From Candidatus Eiseniibacteriota bacterium (lineage in GTDB: Bacteria; Eisenbacteria; RBG-16-71-46; CAVPCR01), in assembly GCA_963823555.1 (NCBI GenBank), contig CAWGMA010000003.1, positions 608,001-672,000 on the forward strand: a stretch of DNA of 64,000 bases. Reading direction: 5' to 3'. The notes beneath the pieces were generated by a model, which saw nothing but the letters and a program-made list of their open reading frames with translations, searched no databases and was not told the DNA's origin. Below are positions 1 through 11,146 of the stretch, one piece after another; position 1 is the stretch's first letter; every line of letters starts with the position of its first letter. Position numbers and translations under genes: made by a program.

Positions 1-210
1 AGCCATGGCGAGCGTGATAAGAACCAGCCGGTGCTTGCCATTGGCGGCGAAGATAGTAGCCCATGCCAAGAGTAGGATCGTGGTTGCCATGAGGTAGTTG
101 TACAGGGCCATGTGTCGAGTCTGATCGAGGTGGATCCATAGATTCGCAGCTGCATTGAAGTGGTCTGCGGGTTCAATCCCAGGCACCGAGGGGGGGGGCG
201 TGCTCGACAT
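1..210 (-). CDS. Hypothetical membrane protein (5' part; runs off window edge)
   Basis: ATG at 210 preceded by AGGAGG. Open frame MSSTPPPSVPGIEPADHFNAAANLWIHLDQTRHMALYNYLMATTILLLAWATIF... with a hydrophobic helix. Confidence 0.65.
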   Translation of the reverse strand, partial: MSSTPPPSVPGIEPADHFNAAANLWIHLDQTRHMALYNYLMATTILLLAWATIFAANGKHRLVLITLAMA

Positions 211-384
211 ATTGCCTCCTGTCTCTCTCCTCGCAAATGTCCGGTCATGCGATAGCAATGACGGCGGATGGTATCCTGAGCCCGAGAGCTTAGCTGATTC
301 TGGTTTTGGAGCAAGGGCCGTTTGTGGAGTGGGCCAGCGGTCCACTACCGCCGAGTTTGTGGAGAGAATCCGGAATCCTTCGGC

Positions 385-891
385 TCAGCACACCATCCCG
401 CGCAGCCTCTCGAACATCTCCTCGTCGGAAACATGGGTGTAAACGACGGTCGTGAGCGGGCTCGCGTGCCTGGCGAACCGCTGGGCGAGGAAGAGGTCGC
501 GGGTAGCGAGGTAGACACAAGTGATTGCGGCATGGCGCAAACTGTGGAACGGATACAGCCGCGAGAACCCGGCGACGACCTGCCACGCGCGGAACAGCAC
601 CTGCACTCGGCGACGTGGATATCCGCCGCCGGCCCTGGTTGCAGAAGAGCGGGGCCGAGGGGTCGAGGCGTTCGCGGCGCGCCTGCTTGTTTGGAGCCAG
701 AAGCGCGCCAGCTTCGCCACCGGTCGGCGTCCGTCGCGCTTGTATCTCGCGCGAGCGACGCGGGCGCGGTGCCCGTCGAAGACACGTCGCCGTTGAGCCC
801 GATCTCGCCGAGCGAGCCGGAGGCCGGCCGTGGCTTGCAGGAGCGCGCGCTGCTCGGCCTGCGTGAGGGTAGGTGGTGACAGGTACGGCAT
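385..891 (-). pseudogene. Small catalytic-domain-only tyrosine recombinase, internally deleted/frameshifted
   Basis: MPYLSPPTLTQAEQRALL... and C-terminal YPFHSLRH...ARHASPLTTVVYTH (HxxR, H, Y catalytic motifs). The middle is broken by deletions. Confidence 0.8.
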
Positions 892-994
892 GTATCGCCT
901 CGCTGGATGACGGGTGCCGAGCCAAGGGTCCCTGCTAGCGAGGGGAAGATCAAGCCTGCACCGGGTCGCATGGCAAGGCCGTCGCGCGGGTGCC

Positions 995-1060
995 CTTCGC
1001 TCACGCCCACCAATGCTCGCTGCTCGGCGGCGGTCAGGGGGGAGGGGAGAGGTGGGGCAT
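995..1060 (-). pseudogene. N-terminal fragment of the same tyrosine recombinase
   Basis: [18 protein letters not shown], with an upstream leader (TGCAGTCTTGA...) shared with other copies. Confidence 0.6.
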
Positions 1061-1256
1061 CGGCGCACTCCGGGGCTCCGGGGTCGGCGGCCGGGAACCA
1101 TGATGGCTCGTGGAGCCGGGAGATCAAGACTGCAGCGGCAGGGGGTTGGGGGTGCAGATGTGGATGGTCCCGGCAGCAACGGGGGTGAGGTCGAGCGGAC
1201 GTATACTTGATGGGAAGGCGGCGAGGTGTCCGGAGGGGCAAACAAGGAGGTGCGCC

Positions 1257-1481
1257 GTGCGATGGTGTTTTGTACTACTAACGTCCCTGTGGATCTCTGT
1301 GCCGTTTCCTGCCCAAGCTCAAGTGCTCGAACGTCTCCCGGCCATCAACGACGCCGATCCGCAGGTGGTCTACCTGTTCTACCGAGGGGTGGACCGTCTG
1401 TACGTTGACTCCGTAACGGAGATCGATGTGCCGGAAGTGCGGTTTCGGTCTCTTGCCAATTACTTCGAGAGGGGTGGCTGA
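1257..1481 (+). pseudogene. Secreted protein truncated by IS256
   Basis: AGGAGG then GTG; signal peptide VRWCFVLLTSLWISVPFPAQA. The stop is created at the IS256 end (1480). Confidence 0.6.
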
Positions 1482-2911
1482 GTCAAGCCCATTCTTAGTG
1501 GGGAATCGTCACGGCTCGTGAACATCTGATCACGCTGCGTTCTGATGACCGACCTCTGCGCTCTCGATCTTGAGGTCGCGTTGAATGGCGACACGGAGGA
1601 CTGGAAGATGATGGTACCCCTTGACCCTCCGCAGACGCGGCTCGGTGTCGAGCAGGGCAGCCGCCATCCAGCGCTGCCTCTGGTTCGAGTTCTTCCAGGC
1701 ATCTACCTTCGCGCAGCGCTCCTCGACCAAGGCGTTGACCGATTCCAGGCAGTTCGTGGTCTTGAACGAGCGGCCCAGGAGTGCGGCCACGCCCAGTCGG
1801 TGGAGGGTCAGCGTCTCCTCCAGGCCTTCGGCCAGGCTCGCCGCCGCCGACTGGTTCTTCTGCTCCAGCTCCCGGTGGAGCGTCTTCAAAGCGGCGAGCG
1901 CCTCGGCATGCGTCGGCCGGTCGTAGGCTCGCTGCAACCGCTTGCGCATGGCCGCCTGCTCACCCTTCGGCAAGTACCCCACCACGTTCTCGCGCTTGTG
2001 CCACATGCAACGCTGGATCACGGCCCGGCGGGTGAAGGCCTTGTTCACCGCCGCCCGCAGCCCCTTTCCGCCGTCGATGATCACCAGCACCCCGGCCGAG
2101 ATGTCGACACCTCGCTCGAGCAGGGAACGCAGGAACGGAGTCAGCACCTTCTCGTTCTCCGTGTCAGTCTCCACGAACCCCAGGAAGCGCTTCTCGCCCG
2201 TGATCGTGATGCCCAACGCCACCACCATCGTCGCGTCCGCGAACGTCTTGCCGTCCAAGAAGATCGCCACGATGTCTTCCCCCGTGAGGTCCCGCTCCTG
2301 GAACTCCTTGAGCTTCTCGGCGCTGGCTGCCACGAACGACCGCGACACCGACGAGCTCGACAGCCCGATCGCCCCGGGGATCGCCTCGGCCGCCGCCTCG
2401 TAGTTGCGACAGGACAGCCCGTACAGCACCCGCCGCAGCAAGAGGTCGTTCACTTCTCCCGACTCCTGGAGTGCCGCGTAGGATCGCAGCGACACCTCGC
2501 CGCGCAGCCCGCGGACTCGAGGCACGTGGATCGGCACCCGCTGCCCGGCCACCCGGATCGACCCCGGATTGCGCCCGTGCCGGATCGCCGGCGCCGGGCC
2601 CTCCTTCCGCGAGTACCGTGGCCCCACCAGCGCCTCCACCTCTGCCTTCATCAGTTCAAAGGCATGCATCAGGCCCAGGGGAACCAGCGTCCGGATCACC
2701 TCCACCTTCGTGTCCACATCCATGACGTCGTACTCTTCACGGCTCAGGACACGGACCTCCCCCAGGCGTCGAGTCTTCTTGCGCTTGGCAACGGAACGTA
2801 GGAAACTGCTCATGTCGGCTCCTTCTTCTGCGGTTGATGTCCGTCAGACCAACGTCATCAAACCACAGGGTGGGAGCCGCTTCAATTCCCCACTAAGTTT
2901 GGCACGGACTC
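1480..2911 (-). mobile_element. IS256-family element; transposase 1530-2813
   Basis: Mutator-type transposase (FLDGK, IDGGKGL, QRCMWHK, TTNCLES). TIRs GAGTCAAGCCCATTCTTAGTGGGGAAT / GAGTCCGTGCCAAACTTAGTGGGGAAT. No target duplication. Confidence 0.92.
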
Positions 2912-2955
2912 GTTGCTTTCGGCAAGAAGTTCGAGAGAAAGCTGGTGGTTGTCAG

Positions 2956-3597
2956 ATGATGAGAACGAGCAAATGCTGCGTGATAAGGTTGCTACTGGTA
3001 GTCGTTGTCGCGATTCTTGTCGCTCGTCCAGATAGGGCTATATGCACTCCGCAAAGCGAAGTAACGCTGCCGCTGCATGCCCAGGCTGGATCACTTGTTC
3101 CATGCGAGGGCGATCCGTGCGGGGGCGATAGCCTTCGAACAAGAATGGAGATAGGTAATTACTATACAGTTCTATTGTACGTCAGCAATTACGACTCAGT
3201 AATGGGGGTTAACACAGCTTTCGATTGGCCGTCCGATTGGTCTTTCCTCTACTCCGCGCTAGAATGCCAGCCGGGGCAAATGGGCGACCGGACGCCAAGC
3301 GGGCCAGGTCCGATACTCGGCGCTTTGAATACTGTGTTCAACTGTGTCACAGGAGGCGCCACTATACCAGTTGCCAGGATTGTATTGCGACCCAACTCTG
3401 AAGGCTGCGTGCGACAGATACGCCCGCAGGGGCCTGCCTTCGGCATCGCAATCCTAAGGTGCGATGGGGAGATCGAGGAACTGGGGGAGCACAATCTCGG
3501 GTCTGTATGTGCTGGGAGCTCAGGAGTGGATGTTTGCGACGGTCCGGTTGCAGTGGAACCAGCCTCCTGGGGCGCTATCAAGGCAACCTATCGGTAG
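2956..3597 (+). CDS. Secreted Cys-rich (cohesin-like?) protein with C-terminal WGxIK motif
   Basis: Hydrophobic N-terminus; ends ASWGAIKATYR; homologous to the N-terminal domain of the S8 protein at 5797. Confidence 0.75.
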   Translation: MMRTSKCCVIRLLLVVVVAILVARPDRAICTPQSEVTLPLHAQAGSLVPCEGDPCGGDSLRTRMEIGNYYTVLLYVSNYDSVMGVNTAFDWPSDWSFLYSALECQPGQMGDRTPSGPGPILGALNTVFNCVTGGATIPVARIVLRPNSEGCVRQIRPQGPAFGIAILRCDGEIEELGEHNLGSVCAGSSGVDVCDGPVAVEPASWGAIKATYR

Positions 3598-3737
3598 GCG
3601 GGCCTGGAGTCTTTTGGGGTAGGACTGGCTGCGACAGCGTACACCCGGCAGTTGCATAAGAACCTGCGCAATCTCGTAGGAATCGGTGGGTACGATGCAG
3701 ATTGTGTGTACTGGACCAGCGATTTCGGACGCCCGTA

Positions 3738-5334
3738 TATTGGTCCACCGAATCCCGGCACGCCGTCCCGGCGGCGGAACCTGATGCAGAGACTGATGTT
3801 ATCCTGTGTTCGTGAATGATCTCACGAGGGAATTCACGGGAGGGCAGGATGATGTCCGCACCACCGGCGGGATGGACCCGATACGTTCGCTCCGCCCTGC
3901 TCCACGCCATCTCCCTGGCCGCCACGGCATGGACCCTTGCCCGGAGCCGGGCGGCTACGAGCCGCCATGAGCGGGAGCGCCTCCAAGCCGGACTCGACCG
4001 TGCCCACACCGAGATCGCGTTGCTCAAGGAGGAGTTGCGAATCAAGGACGCCCGCTGGAGCCGGTTGCCTTCGCGTCGCCGCCCGCACTACAGGGCGATC
4101 GAGCGGCTGCGGATTCTCGAACTCAAGGCCGCCCGGGGCTGGTCGCGCGAGCAAGCGGCGCGGATCTTCCTGCTCGACGAGCAGACGGTGCGGTCGTGGC
4201 AAGGGCGAGTGGACGAGGAAGGAGCAGATGCGCTGGTCCGCATGGCGGAGCCGGTGAACCGGTTCCCGGAGTTCGTGCGCTACCTGGTGAAGGAACTGAA
4301 GGCGCTGGTTCCGAGCATGGGGAAGGTGCGCATCGCCCAAGTGCTGGCGCGAGCGGGGCTCCACCTCGGGGCAACGACCATCGGGCGGATGCTTCGGGAG
4401 ACGGAACCGGTGCCCGAGGCATCAGAGGCGTCTGGCGCGATCGAGATCGTCGAGACGCGGGCGGTCACAGCGACGCATCCTGACGAGATCTGGCACGTCG
4501 ATCTGACGACGGTGCCGACGGCGGCGGGGTTCTGGGTGCCGTGGCTGCCGTTCACCTGGCCGCAGACGTGGCCGTTCTGCTGGTGGGTGGCCGTGGTGAT
4601 CGATCACTTCTCACGCGCCGTGGTCGGGTTCGCGGTCTTCTTGCGCCCACCGACCTCGGCGGAAGTCCAGCGTTCACTTGGCCTGGCGATCCGCCGAGCC
4701 GGTCAGCGGCCGAAGTACGTGATCAGCGACCAGGGGCGGCAGTTCCGCTGCAAGTCCTTCCGGCGCTGGTGCCGGCGCCAGCGCATTCGACCGCGCTTCG
4801 GAGCCGTCGGCCAGTACGGGAGCCTCGCGGTCATCGAGCGGTTCATGCGCTCGCTGAAGACGGAGTGCACACGGCAGATCCTGGTTCCTGTCCAGCTGGA
4901 GGCCATGCGCCGGGAGATCGCGCTGTACGTTGTCTGGCACAACCAGCACCGGCCGAGCCAGGCCTTGGGCGGCCGGACGCCGCAGGAAGTTCACGCTGGC
5001 CTTCCGCCGGCGAATGCGAGTCCACGGCTCGAACCCCGAACGGGATGGCCAAGCGAGGCGCCCTGTGCGTCACCGCAGACGGCGATTCGCGGCCAGTGCA
5101 GCACGAGACTCGCTCTTGTCGTCGGCCACCTGGAAGGCAGGAGGCACCTGCCGGTGGTCGCGCTGCGCGAAGCGGCCTGATCCTCGCTCGCCTGATCTGT
5201 AATCGAACGAGATCGCGCCATCCTGTGTGGCGCGCCGACGGGGAGCATCTCATCCACATCTGCGACGGCCCGTCCTCGCCGATGACAGCGGGAACTGCGG
5301 GTGGGCGCGGCGTCCCGAAATCGGTGGACCTCAA
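3738..5334 (+). mobile_element. rve/DDE integrase-core IS (IS481-like, 'family Z'); ORF 3849-5180
   Basis: HTH region plus WHVDLT, VIDHFSR, ISDQGRQF, IERFMRSLKTE, HNQHRPSQALGGRTP. TIRs TGGTCCACCGAATCCCGG / CCGAAATCGGTGGACC. Confidence 0.85.
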
Positions 5335-5566
5335 CACCAGCGGTGGCTTGCAGGAGCGCGCGCTGCTCGGCCTGGGTGAGGGTTGGGGGGCTGAGGTAGG
5401 GCATCGTTCTCCTCCCCGAATGACAGGTGCCGAGCCAATGGTCCCGGCCGGCGAGGTGAAGTTCAAGCCTGCAACGGGGCCGCTGGCAGGCTGTCGCGCG
5501 GTCTCCCTGCGCTCACGGCCAGCAGGCGCGCTGCTCGGCGGCGGTCTGGGTCGGGTGCCGTGCCAT
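5335..5566 (-). pseudogene. Two N-terminal fragments of the small tyrosine recombinase (5335-5404; ~5505-5566)
   Basis: MPYLSPPTLTQAEQRALLQATAG, cut by the family-Z element; second fragment TQTAAEQRA. Mirrors 830-1060. Confidence 0.65.
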
Positions 5567-5634
5567 CCCGTAACCTACTCCGCAGGTGTCAGTTCCACGA
5601 AAGTCGCCAATCTTCACTTTCTTCTGATCTTCCC

Positions 5635-5796
5635 TTGAACCGCGCCGCCAGGAGGAGCATTCTGAACTGTCAGTCCCCCGCTCCACCGCGAGCCGAGAGA
5701 CAAGGCCAGACCTCACCGCCCCGCGACCCACGAGGTCCCGGCGCGAGCCGCCCGACGATGAGGCCGCAACCGCCCGATATGGGCAGGAGGGCGGCC
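5635..5796 (+). promoter_or_regulatory. Conserved promoter plus structured 5' leader, copy 1
   Basis: TTGAAC-N17-CATTCT followed by AGGCCAGACCTCACCGCC...GACCC..GGTCCCGGCG...TGAGGCC; shared with 27954, 34480 and 37620. Confidence 0.7.
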
Positions 5797-8700
5797 ATGG
5801 ACGGTCGTGCGCTATTCCTCTCGGCGGTGCTTGTTGCTCTCGCGTCGGCCGCATCCGCCGGATCGAACCCTGACGCCACTTTCGTTCTCCATGTTCGACC
5901 AGGACTCGATGGAACCTGCACCATCGGCGGTCAGCCTGACTGCGCCGCGGTACGGCCGACGGTAAACGTGCAGCCGAGCAGCACGTGTCAAGTGTACTTC
6001 TACCTCAATAACGTGAGTGCAGTCAGCGGCGTCCAGACGGCATTCGCGTGGGATGCGAGCTGGACCCTGCTTGCGAATTCCTGGAACTGCCGAGCGAATC
6101 AGCTTAGCGCCGTGACGCCAGACCCGGCAACGCACGGCGGGGCGAGGTCTGGCACGCTCGCGACAGTCTTCGATTGCGTGACGAGCCCAGGGCTCCTGCT
6201 CATCGGGGACATGTATTTCATGACGGGGGCAACCGGGTGCCTCACGCAAGTGCAATCGAGCTACCCATTCGGGAACCACGTTCTTGATTGCGCCCTGGGA
6301 ACCGGTGCGTTCGATCCCGGAATCTCCCCGGAGCGGTTTGGCAGCGTGTGTGTTGGCTCGGGCGGGCATGATGCATGCGATCCTCCCTCGAGTGAGAACC
6401 TTGCGCCGCTCGCCGATCCTGGAGGGCCGTACTACGGCCCGGTGGACGTCCCCATTCAGTTCGACGCCACGGCCTCGACCGATCCGGACGGCGCGATCGT
6501 GTCGTACACCTGGACCTTTGGCGACGGGGCGACGGGCACCGGGCCGACGCCGACGCATAGCTACACCGCGCCGAACTCCTACGAGGTGACCCTTGAGGTG
6601 ACAGATGACGGAGGGGCATCGGCGGGTGAAGAGACGGCGGCGCTCGCGGCCCACATGGAGGCCGCGCTCGCTGACTCGGTGGCACGTGCCGGCCCAGATG
6701 ATCTCATCCCGGTCTTTGGGGTGCTTGCAACCCAGATAAGCTCGGCGGAGCTGTACGCGATGACGGCGGGGCTTTCCCGCGAGGAGAGTCGGCGTGCGGT
6801 CATCAACGCGAAGCGCTCGGTGACGAGCGCCCAGGACCCCATACTCCAGTATCTGGAAGGGCAAGCGCAGTTGGGCAATGCCACACCACCGGTCTCCATC
6901 TTTTCGGTGAACGCAGTGGCGACAGAAGCCAAGGTGCCAGTGGTAACCACCTTGGCACTGATGCCGGAATTCGACGCGCTCTACCTCGACCGGGAAGCCA
7001 TCTCTACGATCGACTGCACAACGCAGCCCAACTACCTCATCTGCACTGGGGACCTGTGCGACCAGGCACCTCCCGGGTGCGCTCTCAATGTAGAGGCGAT
7101 GTGCATTGATGAAGAGGGGCAGCCGGTCACGATCCCGGTGCCGCTCGGCCCCAATCCCGATAGCGCGAGCGTGAGCTACGCGTTGCGGTTCCTTGAGGTG
7201 CCGGATGTGTGGAATAACTTTCGACTCAAAGGAACGGGAATTTTGGTGCTCAACGTCGATACGGGGATCGACTACTGCCAGCCGTCGCTCGAGCACCGCT
7301 ACTCATTCAACACATGCGAAGGGATTCTTCCGGACGGAATAGACGAGGACCAGAACGGCTTCCTCGACGACTACTTCGGTTGGAACTACCTGTACCAAGA
7401 CGGAGATCCGTACACCATCCCGAGATACCCAAGCGGGAGCTGCGACATCGGCGGGGACCACGGGACCTTCACGGCGGGCGCCATTGTCGGGGATGCGTCC
7501 CTGTACCCACCGGAAGGGACCTTCGAAGGGGGCAGCAAGATCACGGGAGTGGCCCCGGGCGCCTCGCTGCGCTCGTTCGCGGGGACCTTCCAGAGCCCTG
7601 GCAACCAGAGCTCTACCTTCCGTTCGGCGGACTATGCCATGGCCATCGGTGCGGATGTCGTCTCGGTCCAGTTCCTGACCTGCTTCGGAAGCGCTGAGCT
7701 TGAGACGTCGAAAAAAGTCAGGGTCGCCGTCCAGGCCCTCGATGCTGCGGGTATCCTAACCGTTGCGTCGATGGGCAATGTTCAAACAGCAGGTGGTCCC
7801 AACGACCCGTGCCCTGGATACGCGCCCTTGTTTGACGTCCCGTGCGTGCCAGAGGCGATCGCCGTCGGTGGGATCTGGAATGAGCAGCCGAACCCTGATC
7901 TCTGTGGCTATGCCCGTTACCATCACCCCCCAGGTCCCGTTACATGGCCTGACGGGACGTTCATTAAGCCGGACCTCGTGGCTCCGGCGATACACGTCGA
8001 GACCATCGCTGGGTACTGGGACTGCCACCGTCAGCTCTGCGAGGGCCCGGTGCCCGTTGGCGAAGGGTTGCCGCGGGGTACGTTTGCGCACCAGTATCAC
8101 AACGGCACGTCGATGTCGTCTCCGCTTGTCGCCGGAATGGCGGCAATCATGTTCGAACGCAATAACGAAATCCGCCCCGCTGACCTCAAGGACGTGCTTG
8201 AGGGCACCGCCTTCGACATTCCGCCGCTCGGGAAGGACAACGACTTCGGCGCGGGCGTCCCAAGGCTCAGCTCGGCACTGCGGAGCATTAGCCTTGTCAA
8301 CACATTCGACCGCTTCCTTGAGCTCCACGCCGTACGAGCGGGAGGCTTACCAACCAACTGGACCTTCGACGTGGACGACCACTCGACGCCTATCGTCAGC
8401 ATCGCAGACCTGACCCCGGGTGGATACGACCCCTGCGATCCCTCACGGCCGGCGCCGCGAGGTGGGCTCCGGATGCAGTCGCCCTTGCAGTCTCGCACTG
8501 TGGGCTACGTCTGGGACGAGCAAGAGAGCTACTACTCGTTCACGACAAACTTCCGATTCGATACTGATCCGCACGGCGACCGGTGGCTTGGCCTCCTGCT
8601 ACGCTGGGACCCCGAGACCCGCCACTGCGTCTTTATCCGAACACGGCAGGTCGTACCTACCGACCCGACGTCGACGGAGTTCGTGTTCGGCCACGAGGAG

Positions 8701-9273
8701 CCGAGCGGCTCTGAGCCATATCGCACAGTCCCTTGGACCAGCCACCACTTTGACTTCCAGGACATGACCAAGGATTATAACTGGATGGTGAGGGACCACG
8801 GTGGTGGAGTGAGCCTGTGGGTCGGCGTCGTTGGTGAACCCTGGGTGCAAGTGTTCGATGACATTCAGTATACGACTGCGGTGCCGTCGACAAACAAAGG
8901 CGTCTTTGTCCAGGCGGGAGCAGGGGTCATCTTCGACGACGTGGGCGTGTGGAACACATTCCCTGCCGTTGCGGTAGACGACGCGTCTGAGGTACAGAAC
9001 ACCGCTCCACTCTCGCTCGTCGTGACCTCTCCCCTGTGTTCTGGTGTCACAACCTTCGAGGTGACAAAAAAGGTCGGCTTTGGGTTGCTGAAGGTGTACG
9101 ACGTGACTGGGCGCGAGGTGCAGACGCTTCCCCTGCTCTCCGCGGCCGGTATCCATACCGTGCGGTGGAATGGCCTGACCGCAAATGGGCTCAGAGTACC
9201 AGCGGGCGTGTATTTTGCGCGCGTGCTGTCCGGAGCGGAGCGCGTGAATAAGAAGTTCATCGTCATGCGATAG
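5797..9273 (+). CDS. Secreted S8 (subtilisin-like) serine protease with cohesin-like N-domain, PKD domain and FlgD-like C-terminal domain
   Basis: RBS AGGAGG and signal peptide. PKD (DPDGAIVSYTWTFGDG). Triad VDTGID, HGTFTAG, GTSMSSP. C-terminal VYDVTGREV...WNG...PAGVYFARV. Confidence 0.9.
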   Translation: MDGRALFLSAVLVALASAASAGSNPDATFVLHVRPGLDGTCTIGGQPDCAAVRPTVNVQPSSTCQVYFYLNNVSAVSGVQTAFAWDASWTLLANSWNCRANQLSAVTPDPATHGGARSGTLATVFDCVTSPGLLLIGDMYFMTGATGCLTQVQSSYPFGNHVLDCALGTGAFDPGISPERFGSVCVGSGGHDACDPPSSENLAPLADPGGPYYGPVDVPIQFDATASTDPDGAIVSYTWTFGDGATGTGPTPTHSYTAPNSYEVTLEVTDDGGASAGEETAALAAHMEAALADSVARAGPDDLIPVFGVLATQISSAELYAMTAGLSREESRRAVINAKRSVTSAQDPILQYLEGQAQLGNATPPVSIFSVNAVATEAKVPVVTTLALMPEFDALYLDREAISTIDCTTQPNYLICTGDLCDQAPPGCALNVEAMCIDEEGQPVTIPVPLGPNPDSASVSYALRFLEVPDVWNNFRLKGTGILVLNVDTGIDYCQPSLEHRYSFNTCEGILPDGIDEDQNGFLDDYFGWNYLYQDGDPYTIPRYPSGSCDIGGDHGTFTAGAIVGDASLYPPEGTFEGGSKITGVAPGASLRSFAGTFQSPGNQSSTFRSADYAMAIGADVVSVQFLTCFGSAELETSKKVRVAVQALDAAGILTVASMGNVQTAGGPNDPCPGYAPLFDVPCVPEAIAVGGIWNEQPNPDLCGYARYHHPPGPVTWPDGTFIKPDLVAPAIHVETIAGYWDCHRQLCEGPVPVGEGLPRGTFAHQYHNGTSMSSPLVAGMAAIMFERNNEIRPADLKDVLEGTAFDIPPLGKDNDFGAGVPRLSSALRSISLVNTFDRFLELHAVRAGGLPTNWTFDVDDHSTPIVSIADLTPGGYDPCDPSRPAPRGGLRMQSPLQSRTVGYVWDEQESYYSFTTNFRFDTDPHGDRWLGLLLRWDPETRHCVFIRTRQVVPTDPTSTEFVFGHEEPSGSEPYRTVPWTSHHFDFQDMTKDYNWMVRDHGGGVSLWVGVVGEPWVQVFDDIQYTTAVPSTNKGVFVQAGAGVIFDDVGVWNTFPAVAVDDASEVQNTAPLSLVVTSPLCSGVTTFEVTKKVGFGLLKVYDVTGREVQTLPLLSAAGIHTVRWNGLTANGLRVPAGVYFARVLSGAERVNKKFIVMR

Positions 9274-9290
9274 TATCAAGTATGACTCCA

Positions 9291-9343
9291 GGAGGGGTGG
9301 AGGGGCTGAGGCGTTGATAGGTCTCAGCATCCTCCATCCCCTC
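9291..9343. terminator. Long GC hairpin between convergent genes
   Basis: GAGGGGTGGAGGGGCTGAG...CTCAGCATCCTCCATCCCCTC imperfect inverted repeat; no U-tract. Confidence 0.35.
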
Positions 9344-9461
9344 GAAGGCGTGATACGAACGTACGCTGAGTTCCCGCTAGCCGCGCCAACGAGTGGGCGT
9401 CGCCGAAGGGTCGCTGGAGGTGACGATGAAGAGATACGGGCTCGGGCAGCGGGGGCGCGAC

Positions 9462-10703
9462 CTAGCGCTCCTGCCAGTTGGCCTTGATCTGGCCCCATGA
9501 TGACGGGCGCACCGTGTCAACCCCGCAGCCGACGTCCCGAGCGCCGATCAATCCGCAGGTGGAATTGTTCGCCGGAGCGCACGGGGAGTCCGCCTGTAGA
9601 TCCCATCGGTCGGTACCGCAGTATTGCGGATCTGCGGCGAGGTTGTTCAGGCCACCAGGGCATACCGTGTCGTCAGCGTTGCCCCAGACGTCTGAGCAAA
9701 CGACGGTAAGCGCTCCGGCGACGCAGCCGAGGGCTGGCGTCGGACCATTGCCCGTGACGATGCAATTCTCGATAAGGGTTTGCGTCGTTGCCCAGACCGC
9801 TGAGTTGTCGCGGTGACCGGTGTTGCCGGCGATGGTGCAATTCCGAATGGTCGCAGCCCCACCACCTTCGGTCAAGATAGCACCGCAGTATGTTCCCTCA
9901 TTGCCAACAAAGAGACAGCGTTCAACAAGCGCCGTCCCGCCGGCAATGTACAGACCGCCGACAAGCCCACCGAAATTCGCGACGCTTCGATTACCGATGA
10001 AGTCGCAGTCAACAAAGCGCACGTCGCGAGCAGTGACGTCAGCCGCTCCGGCGCCGTTGAGGTTCCTATTCGTGACATTGTTCTCGAATCGGCACCTCGT
10101 GAAGTACGCCGCGTTGCCAAGATGGACGTCGACGGCGCCGATGACTCCAGTGTTGCCGAGGAAAAGCACATCTGTGCAAAACAAGTTTGCATCGAGGCCC
10201 GTCGCCAGGGCTCCACCACCGGTCCCACCTCCATGTGAATCGTGAATCCGGCAGGACTCGAGGTAAAGAGTGGATTGGACCACGATGAACGAAGGTGTAC
10301 CGCCCCCGGGGCTCGTGACGTCGAAGCCGGTCACGGTGACGTCCGCGAGGCCGCGAATGTCGAAACCGACCGCAGGATTGGAGGACAGAAATGTCGCATC
10401 CCGCCCAGCGCCCACGATCAGTAGCTTCTTGCCCGCGATTCTGATCCAAAGTTCGGTGTAGCTCCCGGCGGCCACGACGATGCTGTCCCCGTCGGCCGCG
10501 GCATCGACGGCGGCCTGAATCGTCGGATACTCCGACGGGACGTTGAGCGTAGTGGCGAGGCAGGATGCTGCAGAGAAGGAGCCGAATAGTACACCGAGAG
10601 AGAGGAGAATCGCGGGGGATGGATAGGTGAAGATGGCGGGACTTATGCCAGTAGTGCGCGTGTGTCGGGTGAAGAGAGCTTGCGTCGTTTCAACTCCATC
10701 CAT
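9462..10703 (-). CDS. Secreted right-handed parallel beta-helix protein with WGxIK tail
   Basis: VPSEYPTIQAAVDAAADGD N-cap; GG/FxxN repeats; ends SSWGQIKANWQER. Confidence 0.85.
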   Translation of the reverse strand: MDGVETTQALFTRHTRTTGISPAIFTYPSPAILLSLGVLFGSFSAASCLATTLNVPSEYPTIQAAVDAAADGDSIVVAAGSYTELWIRIAGKKLLIVGAGRDATFLSSNPAVGFDIRGLADVTVTGFDVTSPGGGTPSFIVVQSTLYLESCRIHDSHGGGTGGGALATGLDANLFCTDVLFLGNTGVIGAVDVHLGNAAYFTRCRFENNVTNRNLNGAGAADVTARDVRFVDCDFIGNRSVANFGGLVGGLYIAGGTALVERCLFVGNEGTYCGAILTEGGGAATIRNCTIAGNTGHRDNSAVWATTQTLIENCIVTGNGPTPALGCVAGALTVVCSDVWGNADDTVCPGGLNNLAADPQYCGTDRWDLQADSPCAPANNSTCGLIGARDVGCGVDTVRPSSWGQIKANWQER

Positions 10704-11146
10704 TGCACCACCTCACAGGAAGTGTACCAGATCCCCGCAGCGGCATCAATGCCTCTCTCGTGCGTGTCGCGATGTTGATTGAGCGCGCCAGGACTTTGGA
10801 CGCCGCCCCCGCGCGGCGCAGTCGACTGTCGCCGTTGATGTTATGATGCTTCTCCGTCGGCTCTGCAGACGATTCTCGCGGAGCTTTGGGATGATCGGTA
10901 GAGGCACTACTTCGGTGCCGCGGGCGGCCCAAGCACGGCTGGACGGCCCTGCTCCACGCCATCTCCCTGGCCGCGGGGCCTGGACCTTCCCATGGAGCCG
11001 AGCTGCGCCCAGCCGGCGGCGCCTTCAGGGGGCGATCGCGCCCACACCCCAGGGGGGCGGGAGGGAAGCCTTCTCCGGCCCCCTTTCCCGGCCAAGCGTG
11101 GAGGCCAGTGAAGGCCGGCTGGGCGGTTGCACGAGAGAAAGGTTCG

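Noticed and set aside
5703..5720. Cobalamin riboswitch (GCCAGACCT resembles the B12-box end)
   Set aside because: Other conserved cobalamin elements (GGGAA, GCCACTG) are absent and the downstream genes are unrelated.
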